Notes: generated by a model from the sequence alone, not told the origin. Shown: positions 1 to 9,944, counted from the stretch's first letter. The stretch is 64,000 bases of DNA from an uncultured delta proteobacterium (GCA_963754825.1 CAVWHP010000012.1:4131-68130); one strand, 5' to 3'. Program-made: numbers and translations.

Positions 1-1
1 G

Positions 2-583
2 CAGGAAACGCTCGGGCTCAAGCTCGACCTGGAAACCGTGTTCTCCGACGAGGCCCTGAAAAACATGGCCATGGAGGAGCGCAAGGCCCACCTGCTCGAA
101 CGCCAGCAGATCATGCGCGCCTACGTGGCCGGGGGCGAGTATCTCGAGCCGGGCACGAACGGCAAGGGGCTGTTCATCAAGGGCTCGCTGCTCTACCCCT
201 CGGAGGAGACCATGCAGGGCAACATCCAGTTGTACCGCCGCATCGTCCTCGACCAGAGCTACAACCTGGGCAAGGACGTGTTCGGCGACGAGCCGGGCAA
301 CGTGCCGTTCACCTTCCGCTCGGACGGTTTGAGCAGGGACGCCGCGGGCAACCCGATCCCGGTGGGCGCGATCATCACCAGCCGGCCCTATGACGAGGAA
401 GGGGTGGGTACCACGCCCACCGGCATCGTCGCGGTCAACGCGGAAGGCGAGCCTGTGGACGCGAGCGGCAACAAGGTGGATATCGAAGACCACCCGGAAC
501 GGGCGGCCGGCCACATCTCCACCGGCGGCACCTTTGACACCCTGTACAACCCGATCCTCGGCGACACACCGCTGAAGCGCTGA
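2..583 (+). CDS. C-terminal part of an uncharacterised protein, truncated by the window edge
   Basis: Frame is open from position 2 to TGA 581-583 with strong GC3 codon bias and is followed by a terminator; no motif recognised. Confidence 0.75.
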   Translation, partial: QETLGLKLDLETVFSDEALKNMAMEERKAHLLERQQIMRAYVAGGEYLEPGTNGKGLFIKGSLLYPSEETMQGNIQLYRRIVLDQSYNLGKDVFGDEPGNVPFTFRSDGLSRDAAGNPIPVGAIITSRPYDEEGVGTTPTGIVAVNAEGEPVDASGNKVDIEDHPERAAGHISTGGTFDTLYNPILGDTPLKR

Positions 584-608
584 GTTTTCGGATCAGCGAG
601 CCCAACCG

Positions 609-654
609 GCCCGCGGCGGCGCTCCTTTTGGGGGCGTGGCCGCGGGCTTTTTTT
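609..654 (+). terminator. Rho-independent terminator
   Basis: GCCCGCGGC...GCCGCGGGC stem followed by T7. Confidence 0.75.
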
Positions 655-786
655 GTGAGCTTTTGAGCTTGTAGCGGTTGAGCGGTTGAGCAATGGAGAC
701 TGCAGCTGCTCAGGCTGTGTGCAGGCAGGGGTTGAGGATGTGGGTTCTCCGACGGATGGCGCTACCGTTACGATCCGCCCGGCCGG

Positions 787-1965
787 TCAGATGACGCCTG
801 CGGCGCGCAGGGATGCCTGGGCAGCGTCGTCCGTGCCGATGGCTCGCAGGATCTCGGCGGTGTGCTCGCCGAGATCCGGGGCGTGACTGCGAAGCGTGCC
901 CGGGGTGAGCGAAAGCTTGGGCGCCACGCCCAGTTGCTGATACGCGCCCCAGCGGACGTGCACCAGGTCGACGATCATCTGCCGCTGGCGCACCTGCTCG
1001 TCGCGCATCACCTCGTCCAGATGGAGCACCGGTTCACAGCAGCAGTCCGTGTCGGCAAACAGCTCGGTCCACTCGGCCAGGCTTCTGCTGCGGAACAGGT
1101 CCGCGACCTGGCGCTGCAGTTCCTGCTGGTGCGGGCCGGGCTCGAAATAGCTGGGCGTGTCCCAGTCCGGGCGGCCGACGGTCCGGCAGAACAGGCTCCA
1201 GAACTGCGGTTCCAGGGCGCCCAGGGACATGTGGCGGCCGTCGCGGGTCTCGTAGAGGTTGTAGCAGGCAAAGCCGTGGTTGAGGAAATCGTCGGCCAGA
1301 CCCGGCACGACGCCATCCCCCAGATACTTGCCCCAGCGCAGGCAATGCCAGCTCAGGGCGCCGTCGGCCATGGCGAGGTCGATGTGCTGGCCCCGGCCCA
1401 ACCGCTCCCGGGCAAACAGGGCGGCGGCAATGCTGAAGGCAGCGAACAGGGCACCACCGCCCAGGTCGGCGATCTGCACCCCGGACAGGGTCGGGCTGCC
1501 CTGGCGGCCGCTGTAGGAGAGCACGCCGTTGAGCGCCAGGTAGTTGATGTCGTGCCCGGCCCGCTGCGCCCGCGGCCCGTCCGCGCCGTAGCCGGTGATG
1601 GCGCAGTGGATGAGCCGGGGATTGATCGCCTGCAACGTCGCGAACCCCAGGCCCAGCCGGTCCATGACCCCGGGTCGGAACCCCTCCAGGACCACGTCCG
1701 CCTCTGCCGCCAGCCGCTTGAAGATCTCCTTGCCCTCCGGCTTTTTCAGATTCAGGGTCAGCGACCGCTTGTTGCGGTTGAGGACCACGTGGTAGCCGCT
1801 GTTGTCACCCAGCAGCGGCGGCCACCAGCGGATGTAGTCCCCGCCCTGGGGGTCTTCCACCTTGATGACATCAGCGCCGAAATCCGCCAGCAGCATGGAG
1901 CAGAACGGCCCCGGCAGCAGACGCGACAGGTCGAGCACTTTCACACCGGCAAAGGCAGCCTGCAT
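787..1965 (-). CDS. CaiB/BaiF family (class III) CoA-transferase
   Basis: VLDLSRLLPGPFCSMLLADFGADVIKVE, NRNKRSL, EGFRPGVMDRLGLG and GHDINY (catalytic Asp) motifs. Confidence 0.93.
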   Translation of the reverse strand: MQAAFAGVKVLDLSRLLPGPFCSMLLADFGADVIKVEDPQGGDYIRWWPPLLGDNSGYHVVLNRNKRSLTLNLKKPEGKEIFKRLAAEADVVLEGFRPGVMDRLGLGFATLQAINPRLIHCAITGYGADGPRAQRAGHDINYLALNGVLSYSGRQGSPTLSGVQIADLGGGALFAAFSIAAALFARERLGRGQHIDLAMADGALSWHCLRWGKYLGDGVVPGLADDFLNHGFACYNLYETRDGRHMSLGALEPQFWSLFCRTVGRPDWDTPSYFEPGPHQQELQRQVADLFRSRSLAEWTELFADTDCCCEPVLHLDEVMRDEQVRQRQMIVDLVHVRWGAYQQLGVAPKLSLTPGTLRSHAPDLGEHTAEILRAIGTDDAAQASLRAAGVI

Positions 1966-2239
1966 GGCGTGTTTCCTCCTGGAAGGGGTTGATCGCGCAG
2001 CCAGGACGACCGTGGGGAGGCCCTGTCCGACAAGGCGTGACAGCCTGTGTGCATCCTACCACCCGCCCTTTGCGCGGCAACAAGGAAATCCCGGGTTCCG
2101 GCGCTGCCCACCCTGCACGCGGCGCACCTCATGCAGGGAAAAGCAGCGGGGCACGGCAAAGGGCTGTCGGGGTGACTGCCGTGCGCCTGGGTTCATTGGC
2201 CTTGCTCACCGGACCAGGTTGCCGCCTGAATGACCAATG

Positions 2240-2512
2240 CTGGCAAGACATTGAAATATGGTTATTTTTCACGTCTAACGCGTCCATCTTTGCAGGGGCC
2301 ACGAGCGCACCCGGGCAGCGTGACCCGGCTCGTCCCCACAAAAGCGGCAACACGTTGAAAATCAGGTTTTTTTATGGGGCTATCGCGTCCATCTTTGCAG
2401 AGGCAACGAGCGCACCCGGGCAGCGTGGCCCGGCTCGTCCCCAGAAAAGCGGCAACACGTTGAAACTCGGCCCGTTTATGGGGCTAACGCGTCCATCTTT
2501 GCACGTGTCCCC
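2240..2512. repeat. Imperfect tandem repeat, ~105-bp period (two full units and one partial)
   Basis: CTA(A/T)CGCGTCCATCTTTGCA at 2275, 2380 and 2484; units 2295-2399 and 2400-2503 are nearly identical. Confidence 0.9.
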
Positions 2513-2795
2513 TGGCCACGTTGCCACAGCCTGTCAGGTCCATCCGTCCCCCACCGCTTTTTGCGCCACGAACCGTGATCGCCAAGCCGGATCGAGCCGC
2601 GGCCCGCCCTGTCCATGGACCCCGGTGCACGGCCACGCAGATTTTTCTTTCCTCCCCGGCGCGAATACTCTATTGAAGGGCATCGTACCGGGCCGGCACC
2701 ATTGCCGCGCCGCCCGAACCCGACCAACGCCATCGCCCGCACGGACCGGCTGCCATCGCACTGCAGCCGCTCCGGGGGCTCAGCCAACAACGACC

Positions 2796-3320
2796 ATGAC
2801 CCCGATCATCTCCAAAGAACTCGTCCAGGCCATCCGCGCCCAGTTCCACATCAACTGGCACGGCATCCACGGCTTCAGCCACCTGGCCCGGGTCTGGGCC
2901 AACGGCCTGCGCCTGACACCGGCCACCGGCGCCAACGAGCGGGTGGTGCAGTTGTTCGCCCTGTTCCACGACAGTCGCCGGCTGAGCGACGGCAAGGACC
3001 CGGACCACGGCCCGCGCGGCGCGCAATTGGCCGAAGCGTGGCGCGGTCGCTATTTCGACCTGGCGGACCACGAGTTCGACCTGCTCTGCACCGCCTGCCG
3101 CCTGCACACCCAGGCGCTGACCCATGCGGATGCGACTGTGCAGACCTGCTTCGACGCGGACCGGCTCGACCTGGCCCGGGTCGGCAAGACCCCGGACCCG
3201 GCCTTCCTCTCTACCGACGCGGCCCGCGAACCGGAGACCATCCGCTGGGCCGTGGAACGCAGCCTCAAGGGTTTCCAGCCCGACCTGTTCGGCCATCTCC
3301 GGTCGGAAGAAAACATATAG
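2796..3320 (+). CDS. HD-domain phosphohydrolase-like protein
   Basis: HGFSHLARV...LFHDSRR...DHGPRGA...CFDADRLDL; ATG 2796 is in the frame of ORF 1989..3320. Confidence 0.85.
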   Translation: MTPIISKELVQAIRAQFHINWHGIHGFSHLARVWANGLRLTPATGANERVVQLFALFHDSRRLSDGKDPDHGPRGAQLAEAWRGRYFDLADHEFDLLCTACRLHTQALTHADATVQTCFDADRLDLARVGKTPDPAFLSTDAAREPETIRWAVERSLKGFQPDLFGHLRSEENI

Positions 3321-3377
3321 TTTTTTTGATCCTAGAACAGCATTTTACCAACAAAACATCGCCAGCAGGATGAACCC

Positions 3378-4715
3378 ATGGAGAGAATAGTCGCCAAGTT
3401 CGGCGGGTCGAGCGTTGCCGATGCCGCCCAGTTCCGCAAGGTCGCCGCCATCATGCAGGCCGACCCGCGCCGCCGCATCCTCGTCGTGTCCGCGCCGGGC
3501 AAACGGCGGCCGGACGAGGCCAAGATCACCGACCTGCTCTATCTCTGCCACGACATGGCGGCCATGGCCACGGGCATTGACGAGCCCTTCGGCCTGATCA
3601 CCGAGCGGTTCCTTGGTATTGCCGCCGAACTCGGTCTGGACTCGGCTCTGCCCGGGTTGCTGCAGACCTTCCGCAACGAACTCGAGGCCGGCTGCTCGCG
3701 GGAGTTCGCCGTGTCCCGGGGCGAGTACTTCTGCGCCCGGCTGATGGCCGAGTTCCTCGATGCCGAATTCGTGGACCCGGCCAACCACATCCTCCTGCGC
3801 GAGGGCGGCCTGGTCGACCCGGTAAGCTACGAGCGGCTGCGCGCCCGCCTCGCCGACGAGAGCCGGATGTACGTGATGGCAGGGTTTTACGGCCGCAACC
3901 GCCAGGGCGAGATCACCACCTTCTCGCGCGGCGGCTCCGACATCTCCGGCGCCATCGCCGCCCGCGCCGCCGGCGCCATCCTCTACGAGAACTGGACCGA
4001 CACCTCGGGCCTTCTCATCGCCGACCCGCGCATCGTCGAAAACCCGCGCGCCATCGAGGAGATCTCCTTCCGCGAGGTGCGCGAGATGGCCTACATGGGC
4101 GCGAGCGTGTTCCACGACGAGGCCATCCTGCCGGTGCGCGAGGCGGGTATCCCGGTGGCCATCCGCAACACCAACCGGCCCCAGGACCCGGGCACGCGCA
4201 TCGTGCCCAAGCTCAGCGCCACGGCGCTCACATCCACCGAGATCGCCGGCATCAGCGGCCTGAACAAGGCGACCATGATCACCGTGGAAAAATCGCTGAT
4301 GAACAAGGAGATCGGCTTTGGTCACCGGCTTCTCGGGATCTTCCTGCAGCACAACATCAGCTTCGAGCACTGCCCGTCGAGCATCGACTCGATGAGCGTC
4401 ATCGTCCTGGACAACAAGCTGCGCGGCCTGGACCAGACCGTGCTCGACGACATCCAGCGTCAGCTCGAACCGGATCACCTGAGTATCGAGAAGAACCTGG
4501 CGCTCATCGCCGTGGTCGGCGAGGGCATGGTGCGCACCGTGGGCATTGCCGCCAAGATCTTCACCGCACTGGCCGCGGCGCACATCAACGTGCGGGTGAT
4601 CAACCAGGGCGCCTCGGAGATCAACATCATCGTCGGCGTGGCCGCGGGCGACTACGAGGAAGCGGTGCGCAACATCTACCGCGCCTTTGTGCCGGACGAC
4701 AGCCCGACCGCCTGA
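3378..4715 (+). CDS. lysC: Aspartate kinase
   Basis: KFGGSSVA, VVSAPGKR, FSRGGSDISG, WTDTSG..ADPR motifs and C-terminal ACT domains. Confidence 0.95.
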   Translation: MERIVAKFGGSSVADAAQFRKVAAIMQADPRRRILVVSAPGKRRPDEAKITDLLYLCHDMAAMATGIDEPFGLITERFLGIAAELGLDSALPGLLQTFRNELEAGCSREFAVSRGEYFCARLMAEFLDAEFVDPANHILLREGGLVDPVSYERLRARLADESRMYVMAGFYGRNRQGEITTFSRGGSDISGAIAARAAGAILYENWTDTSGLLIADPRIVENPRAIEEISFREVREMAYMGASVFHDEAILPVREAGIPVAIRNTNRPQDPGTRIVPKLSATALTSTEIAGISGLNKATMITVEKSLMNKEIGFGHRLLGIFLQHNISFEHCPSSIDSMSVIVLDNKLRGLDQTVLDDIQRQLEPDHLSIEKNLALIAVVGEGMVRTVGIAAKIFTALAAAHINVRVINQGASEINIIVGVAAGDYEEAVRNIYRAFVPDDSPTA

Positions 4716-4736
4716 ATCTGAGGTTCCTGCGCACAC

Positions 4737-4778
4737 AAAAAAAGCCGCCCGGCAGCGATCTGCCGGGCGGCTTTTTTT
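4737..4778. terminator. Bidirectional Rho-independent terminator
   Basis: A7-GCCGCCCGGCAG-loop-CTGCCGGGCGGC-T7 between convergent genes. Confidence 0.9.
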
Positions 4779-4802
4779 GGTGTGTTTCGGGTGGTTGCGC
4801 GT

Positions 4803-5216
4803 TCAGTTGCCCGAGGTGGCCAGCAGGCGGGCCTCTTGTTCGAGCCAGCGCATGGCCCGGCCGTAGAAGCGGGCCTCGCCGAGGCTGACGCTGGTGAAGG
4901 CGGGCATGGTGGGCAGCGGCGACAGCCCGGACTGCATGCGAATCTCGTTGCCATCCGCACAGCGGAAGACCACGGCACAGTCCTTGGCACAGAGCCGCTC
5001 CTCGAACACCGACACCAGGGTGTCGGAATTGAACACGGTCACCTCCTCATCGATGACTGCTGCCTGCAGATCCACCACCAGTTCGCGGCAGCGCTCCATG
5101 GCGAGCATGATCTGCGCCACCTGAAGCAGGTCCCAACCGCTCTCCTCGTCCATGGCCCCGCTGACGATGATGGTGCGCACCGTGCCGTCCTGATTCTTGC
5201 TGATCCTGAATCGCAT
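4803..5216 (-). CDS. Hypothetical protein with STAS-like N-terminus
   Basis: AGGAGG RBS before ATG 5216; IIVSGAMD...LVVDLQ resembles a STAS/anti-sigma antagonist fold. Confidence 0.7.
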   Translation of the reverse strand: MRFRISKNQDGTVRTIIVSGAMDEESGWDLLQVAQIMLAMERCRELVVDLQAAVIDEEVTVFNSDTLVSVFEERLCAKDCAVVFRCADGNEIRMQSGLSPLPTMPAFTSVSLGEARFYGRAMRWLEQEARLLATSGN

Positions 5217-5453
5217 ACCCTCCTCCTTGAAAGTACGGTTGATTCGTTGCCCTTCCCTCTGCCCGCCGGTCGTACCGGCAACAGTGAAACGGGAAGCATT
5301 CCCACAGGAACCTATCGACACGGGAAGGGGTCGGGGATTAGGAAAATCTGCGGCTGGCAGAAAAAGACAGGCAGCCGGCGCGAACCAACCCCGCCCGGGC
5401 AGAGCGGCCGGGTCCGGCGAATCCGAATTTTAGTGGTGCGTGCCGCTTCCGTC

Positions 5454-5481
5454 TAAATTTCGTCGCCGCGACGGTCGATAC
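5454..5481 (+). promoter_or_regulatory. Candidate sigma-28 (FliA) promoter
   Basis: TAAA-N16-GTCGATAC versus consensus TAAA-N15-GCCGATAA, 60 bp upstream of the LysM-RlpA gene. Confidence 0.45.
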
Positions 5482-5540
5482 AAACCGCAGGCAAAAGCAA
5501 CGGTTTGCTGTTCACAGCCACAACCAGAGGAACAGAACGC

Positions 5541-6332
5541 ATGCACTACACCATCCAACCAGGGGACACCATCACCGACGTCACCCGGCGTCTGGGCATG
5601 GACTGGGACACGCTGCAGACTACCAACCCGAAAGCGGTCGGCCGCTCGGCCCGCACCGGCAGGGCGATCGTCAAGGCCGGGGCCACGGTGCAGACGCCCG
5701 GCAGCTTTGCCGATCTGCTCGCCCGGGAGACCGCAGCCCGGGTCGCCATGCCGACCAGGAACAGCGCCGGCCGGGTCACGGCCGCCTTTGCCCCGCCCCG
5801 GGGCGCGGCTGCGGCCACGCCTGCAGTCGCAACCGGCGTCAGCCTGCCCGAACCGGCGGCCGCGCCCGCGAAGGGAGGCGAGACCATCCACGTGCTGCAG
5901 AAGGGGGAAAATGTCTGGACCCTGGCCGCGAAGAAATACCACGTGGACCCGCAGGCCATCCTCCGGCTGAACGACATCAAAAACCCGAAAAACCTGCAGA
6001 TCGGCCAGCAGCTGCGCATCCCGGCCGGTGACCAGGGGAGCGACCCGGCCACCGAGGTGGTGGCCAGCTGGTACGGCCAGTACCACCACGGCCGCATCAT
6101 GGCCAACGGTGAGCCCTACAACATGCACGGCCACACCATCGCCCACCGCGACATGCCGCTGGGCACCCGGGTGGAGCTGGAAAACCCGGAAACCGGCGAA
6201 AAGGCCCGGGCCACGGTCACCGACCGCGGCCCCTATGTGGAGGGCCGGGACGTGGACCTGAGCTACCGGCTGGCCCGCAAGCTGTCGCTCTCCCGCCAGG
6301 GCGTGGCCAACCTGAAGATGCGCGTGCTCTAA
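5541..6332 (+). CDS. rlpA: LysM-domain RlpA-family lytic transglycosylase
   Basis: Two LysM-like domains (YTIQPGDT; HVLQKGENVW) and a DPBB domain (ASWYG, ANGE.YNM, AHR.MPLGT, TDRGPY, DLS). Confidence 0.9.
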   Translation: MHYTIQPGDTITDVTRRLGMDWDTLQTTNPKAVGRSARTGRAIVKAGATVQTPGSFADLLARETAARVAMPTRNSAGRVTAAFAPPRGAAAATPAVATGVSLPEPAAAPAKGGETIHVLQKGENVWTLAAKKYHVDPQAILRLNDIKNPKNLQIGQQLRIPAGDQGSDPATEVVASWYGQYHHGRIMANGEPYNMHGHTIAHRDMPLGTRVELENPETGEKARATVTDRGPYVEGRDVDLSYRLARKLSLSRQGVANLKMRVL

Positions 6333-6387
6333 ACCCGTTTCCCTCCGGCCGCCTTTGGGCCGCCCTTTCTCCCTGACAGCTGGCCGC

Positions 6388-6588
6388 TTACGCGCAGTCG
6401 CAGCGGCAGCTGTCTGTCCAGGCATCGAGCAGCACGGTTGCGAGCACGCGATCGTCCGCCTCTCTCGGGCACGATAGCGGGTTCCAGTCCGCGAGCACCC
6501 CGGTCAATTCGGCCACGCACCACTGCCGCTCCGACTCTGTCAACCGCCGCTTTCCCGCGGCCACCTCACCGAGTTCGCGTGCGTTCAT
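6388..6588 (-). CDS. Small hypothetical protein (66 aa) with C-terminal CRCDC
   Basis: ATG at 6588 after a G-rich RBS-like stretch; coding-like composition. Confidence 0.5.
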   Translation of the reverse strand: MNARELGEVAAGKRRLTESERQWCVAELTGVLADWNPLSCPREADDRVLATVLLDAWTDSCRCDCA

Positions 6589-7514
6589 CCGCCCCCCTGC
6601 CCTGCCCTGTCCCGTCCCGGCTCCCAATTGCCGTCCGCCAAGGCGGCCGTCCCGGTTCCCAGGCATAGAGCAACAGCCCCAGCGAACAGCCGACAATCCC
6701 CGCGGTTTCCCAGCCCGAGGGCGCCTCGCCGAGCAGCTCCCAGGCGAGCAGGGCCGTGGTCACGGGCACAAAGGACATGAACAGGGCCACGGTGATCGTG
6801 CCCAGGTGGCGGATGGCGTAGGCCACGGCAGGTGAGGGCGAGCACGTTGACGATGACGCCTTGATAAAGCGCCTGAACAGCCATATCGTGCAGGGACGCA
6901 CTGCTTAAGGTCGAGGGCAGCACGAACCACAGCGGCGTGAACAGGACCACGTTGACCACCGGCACGACCACGACCACGTCCCGCCAGTCCATGCGCCACA
7001 ACCGGATGGCGGTCATGTGCAGGGTGTAGCAGCAGGCTGCGGCAAGCAGGATGAACACGCCGACCAAGCGGTCCGGCGACAGTACTCGGCCGCCGGCCAT
7101 CACCCCGTTGGCCAGGAAGATCAGGCCGATGGCCGCGTAGCGGTGCAGGCTGATGCGCTGGCGGAACAGGAACCAGGCGGCCAGCGCGCCGAGCACCGGC
7201 AGCATGCCGTTGACGAGCACGCCCGCATGGGCCGCGCGCACGACACGCAGACCGTAAAAGCTGAGCATGGTGTAGGGAAAGCCGACGCCGAGGCCGAGCA
7301 CCAGGTAGCGGTGCAGCGGGTGCGCCCGCCAGGGGTAGCGCAGGGCGAGCGGCGTGACCACCAACAGGGCCGTCCAGTAGCGCAGCAGGGTGATGTCCGC
7401 CGGCTCCAGGGTCGAGTGGACCCCGTGGCGCGACAGGGTGATCCAGCCCGACCAGATGAAGACCACGGCCGCGGCCGCCAGCATGGGTTTGAGTGTGTGC
7501 ATGGCCGCCAGCAT
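6566..7514 (-). CDS. DMT/EamA family transporter with one frameshift near 6827
   Basis: Hydrophobic EamA halves are split between ORFs 6585..7514 and 6566..6901; removing one C gives ...LALTCVAYAIRHLG... Confidence 0.8.
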
Positions 7515-7579
7515 TACCCCAGATTGAACCCGGCGGCAAGCGCGGTCTCCAGCCCGTCCCGCCGCTGCAACAAGGAGCG

Positions 7580-9202
7580 ATGATGAGCCGTCCGCCCGAC
7601 CCTACCAACCCGCTGACCAGCCTGCGGTTCGACAACCGCTTCACCCGACTTCTGCCCGGTGATCCGCTGACTGAAAACAGCCGCCGCCAGGTGTTCAACG
7701 CCTGCTACTCGCGGGTTACGCCGGTGCGGCCGGTCGCCCCGCAGCTGGTCGCGTATTCTCCCGAAACCGCGGCGCTCATCGACCTGGATGCGGCTGCCTG
7801 CACCTCGCCGCTCTTTACCCGGGTGTTTTCCGGCGACCTGATGCTGCCCGGCATGGACCCGCACGCCGCCTGCTACGGCGGGCACCAGTTCGGCAACTGG
7901 GCCGGCCAGCTGGGCGACGGCCGGGCCATCAACCTGGGCGAGGCGGTCAACCGCCGGGGCGAACACTGGACCCTGCAGCTCAAGGGCGCCGGGCCCACGC
8001 CCTATTCGCGCCGGGCCGACGGGCTGGCGGTGCTGCGCTCCTCCCTGCGCGAGTTCCTGTGCAGCGAGGCCATGCACCACCTGGGCGTGCCCACCACCCG
8101 GGCACTCAGCCTGATCCTCACCGGCGAGATGGTGGAGCGCGACATGTTCTACGACGGCCAGCCCGAGGAGGAGCCGGGCGCGGTGGTCTGCCGGGTGGCG
8201 CCGTCGTTCCTGCGCTTCGGCAACTTCGAGCTGTTCGCGGCTCGGGGCGAGCTGGACGTGCTCCGCCGGCTGGCCGACTTCACCATCCGCACCCTGTTCC
8301 CGCACCTGGGCGAGCCTTCGCCCGCGGTCTACGGCCAGTGGTTCGCCGAGGTCTGCCGGACCACGGCCGAGCTGATGGTCCACTGGCTGCGCGTGGGCTT
8401 TGTCCACGGGGTGATGAACACGGACAACCTGTCCATCCTCGGCCTGACCATCGACTACGGCCCCTACGGCTGGCTCGAGGACTACGACCCGTACTGGACA
8501 CCGAACACCACCGATGCGGAAGGACGGCGCTACTGCTACGGCCGCCAGCCGACCATCGCCCACTGGAACCTGGCCCAGCTGGCCAATGCGCTCCACCCGC
8601 TCATCGACGATCCCGAACCGCTCGAGCAGGGGCTCACCGACTACAGCCGCTGGTTCGAAGAGGGTTGGCAGGCGACCATGGCCGCCAAGCTGGGACTGGT
8701 CGCCTTCCAGGCCGAGACCGACACCACGCTCACGCAGGACCTGCTCGGTCTGCTGCCCGCGGTAGAAACCGATATGACCCTGTTCTACCGGCATCTCGCC
8801 GACATCCCGGCCGGAAACGCTGACGACCGCATCGCCCCGGCCGAACTGGCCGCGCCGCTCATGGCGGCCTTCTACCGACCGGAGCAGCTCACCCCCACCT
8901 ACCTAGAGCAGCTCGCCGACTGGCTTGACCGCTACCGCCAGCGGCTGCGCCACGACGGCCTGGTGGATGCGGAGCGCAAACAGCGCATGCACGCGGTCAA
9001 CCCCAAATACGTGCTGCGCAACTATCTGGCCCAGCTGGCCATCGACGACATTGCCGCGGGCGACTTCAGCCTCACCGCTGAGCTGCTCGACGTGCTCCGC
9101 CATCCGTACGACGAGCAGCCGGGCCGGGAGCGGTTTGCGGAAAAGCGGCCCGAGTGGGCCCGCCACCGGCCGGGCTGCTCCATGCTCTCCTGCAGTTCCT
9201 GA
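7580..9202 (+). CDS. selO: Protein adenylyltransferase SelO (YdiU), Cys form
   Basis: YGGHQFG, GQLGDGRA, QLKGAG.TPYSRRADG.AVLRS, HGVMNTDN, DYGPY, C-terminal CSMLSCSS; AGGAG RBS. Confidence 0.95.
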   Translation: MMSRPPDPTNPLTSLRFDNRFTRLLPGDPLTENSRRQVFNACYSRVTPVRPVAPQLVAYSPETAALIDLDAAACTSPLFTRVFSGDLMLPGMDPHAACYGGHQFGNWAGQLGDGRAINLGEAVNRRGEHWTLQLKGAGPTPYSRRADGLAVLRSSLREFLCSEAMHHLGVPTTRALSLILTGEMVERDMFYDGQPEEEPGAVVCRVAPSFLRFGNFELFAARGELDVLRRLADFTIRTLFPHLGEPSPAVYGQWFAEVCRTTAELMVHWLRVGFVHGVMNTDNLSILGLTIDYGPYGWLEDYDPYWTPNTTDAEGRRYCYGRQPTIAHWNLAQLANALHPLIDDPEPLEQGLTDYSRWFEEGWQATMAAKLGLVAFQAETDTTLTQDLLGLLPAVETDMTLFYRHLADIPAGNADDRIAPAELAAPLMAAFYRPEQLTPTYLEQLADWLDRYRQRLRHDGLVDAERKQRMHAVNPKYVLRNYLAQLAIDDIAAGDFSLTAELLDVLRHPYDEQPGRERFAEKRPEWARHRPGCSMLSCSS

Positions 9203-9230
9203 ACTCTTCAACACAAAAACTCGATATTTC

Positions 9231-9875
9231 GTGAAAAAATTGCAAACAAACTGGCAGGCGATCCTGTTCGACTTCGACGGCGTGATCGCGGCCTCGCACG
9301 AGGTGAAGTGCGGGGCCTTTGCCGCCCTGTTCGCCCCCCATGGCCCGGAGGTGCAGGAGGCGGTGGTCCGCTACCACCTGGACAACGGCGGCCTGCCCCG
9401 CCACCTGAAGCTGCGCCACTGCTGCGAGCAGATCGCCGGCGTAGCCGTGGACGAGGTCGGACTGGCGCGGCTGGGCGAACAGTTCGCCGCCCTGGTCTAC
9501 GAGGGTGTGCTCGCCGCGCCGCTGCTGCCCGGTGTGGACCCGACCCTGCGGGACCTGGCGGATCGGCAGATTCCCGCCTTTGTCGTCTCGGGCACGCCGG
9601 CCGAGGAGATGCGCCGGATCGTCCAGGCCAAGGGGTTGGACCGGTTCTTCCTCGAGGTGCACGGCTCGCCCCAACCCAAGGCAGCGATCATCCGCGAAAT
9701 CCTCGCCCGCCACCGGTTCACCCCGGACCGCTGCCTGTTCGTCGGTGACGCCCTGGCCGACTACCGGGCCGCCCGCGACACCGGCCTGCACTTTCTCGGC
9801 ATTGTCCCGGAGGGGGCGACGTCGGTCTTTCCTGAGGGCACACCCTGCTCGGCCGCGGTGCACCTGCCGGCCTGA
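9231..9875 (+). CDS. HAD family hydrolase
   Basis: FDFDGV motif I, VSGT, PK and FVGDA..D motifs; GTG start 9231. Confidence 0.88.
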   Translation: MKKLQTNWQAILFDFDGVIAASHEVKCGAFAALFAPHGPEVQEAVVRYHLDNGGLPRHLKLRHCCEQIAGVAVDEVGLARLGEQFAALVYEGVLAAPLLPGVDPTLRDLADRQIPAFVVSGTPAEEMRRIVQAKGLDRFFLEVHGSPQPKAAIIREILARHRFTPDRCLFVGDALADYRAARDTGLHFLGIVPEGATSVFPEGTPCSAAVHLPA

Positions 9876-9903
9876 ACCGCCGGCCTGCGGCCGCAGGTTC
9901 GCC

Positions 9904-9932
9904 TTGACTTCACCGCGGTCTCCCTCTATAGA
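9904..9932 (+). promoter_or_regulatory. Sigma-70 promoter of the thi operon
   Basis: TTGACT-N17-TATAGA directly upstream of the TPP aptamer. Confidence 0.65.
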
Positions 9933-9944
9933 GAGCGCGAACAC

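Noticed and set aside
656..691. Short TGAGC/GAGCGGTT iterations
   Set aside because: Degenerate 8-9-bp microrepeat of about four units with no supporting context
2240..2512. CRISPR array or integron attC sites (TTGAAA(C) and GTCTAAC motifs)
   Set aside because: The would-be spacers are conserved, no cas or intI gene is present, there is no clean GTTRRRY core and there are no cassette ORFs
9170..9202. Selenocysteine in SelO
   Set aside because: The C-terminal motif is encoded as Cys (TGC AGT TCC TGA); the TGA follows CSS and is the true stop
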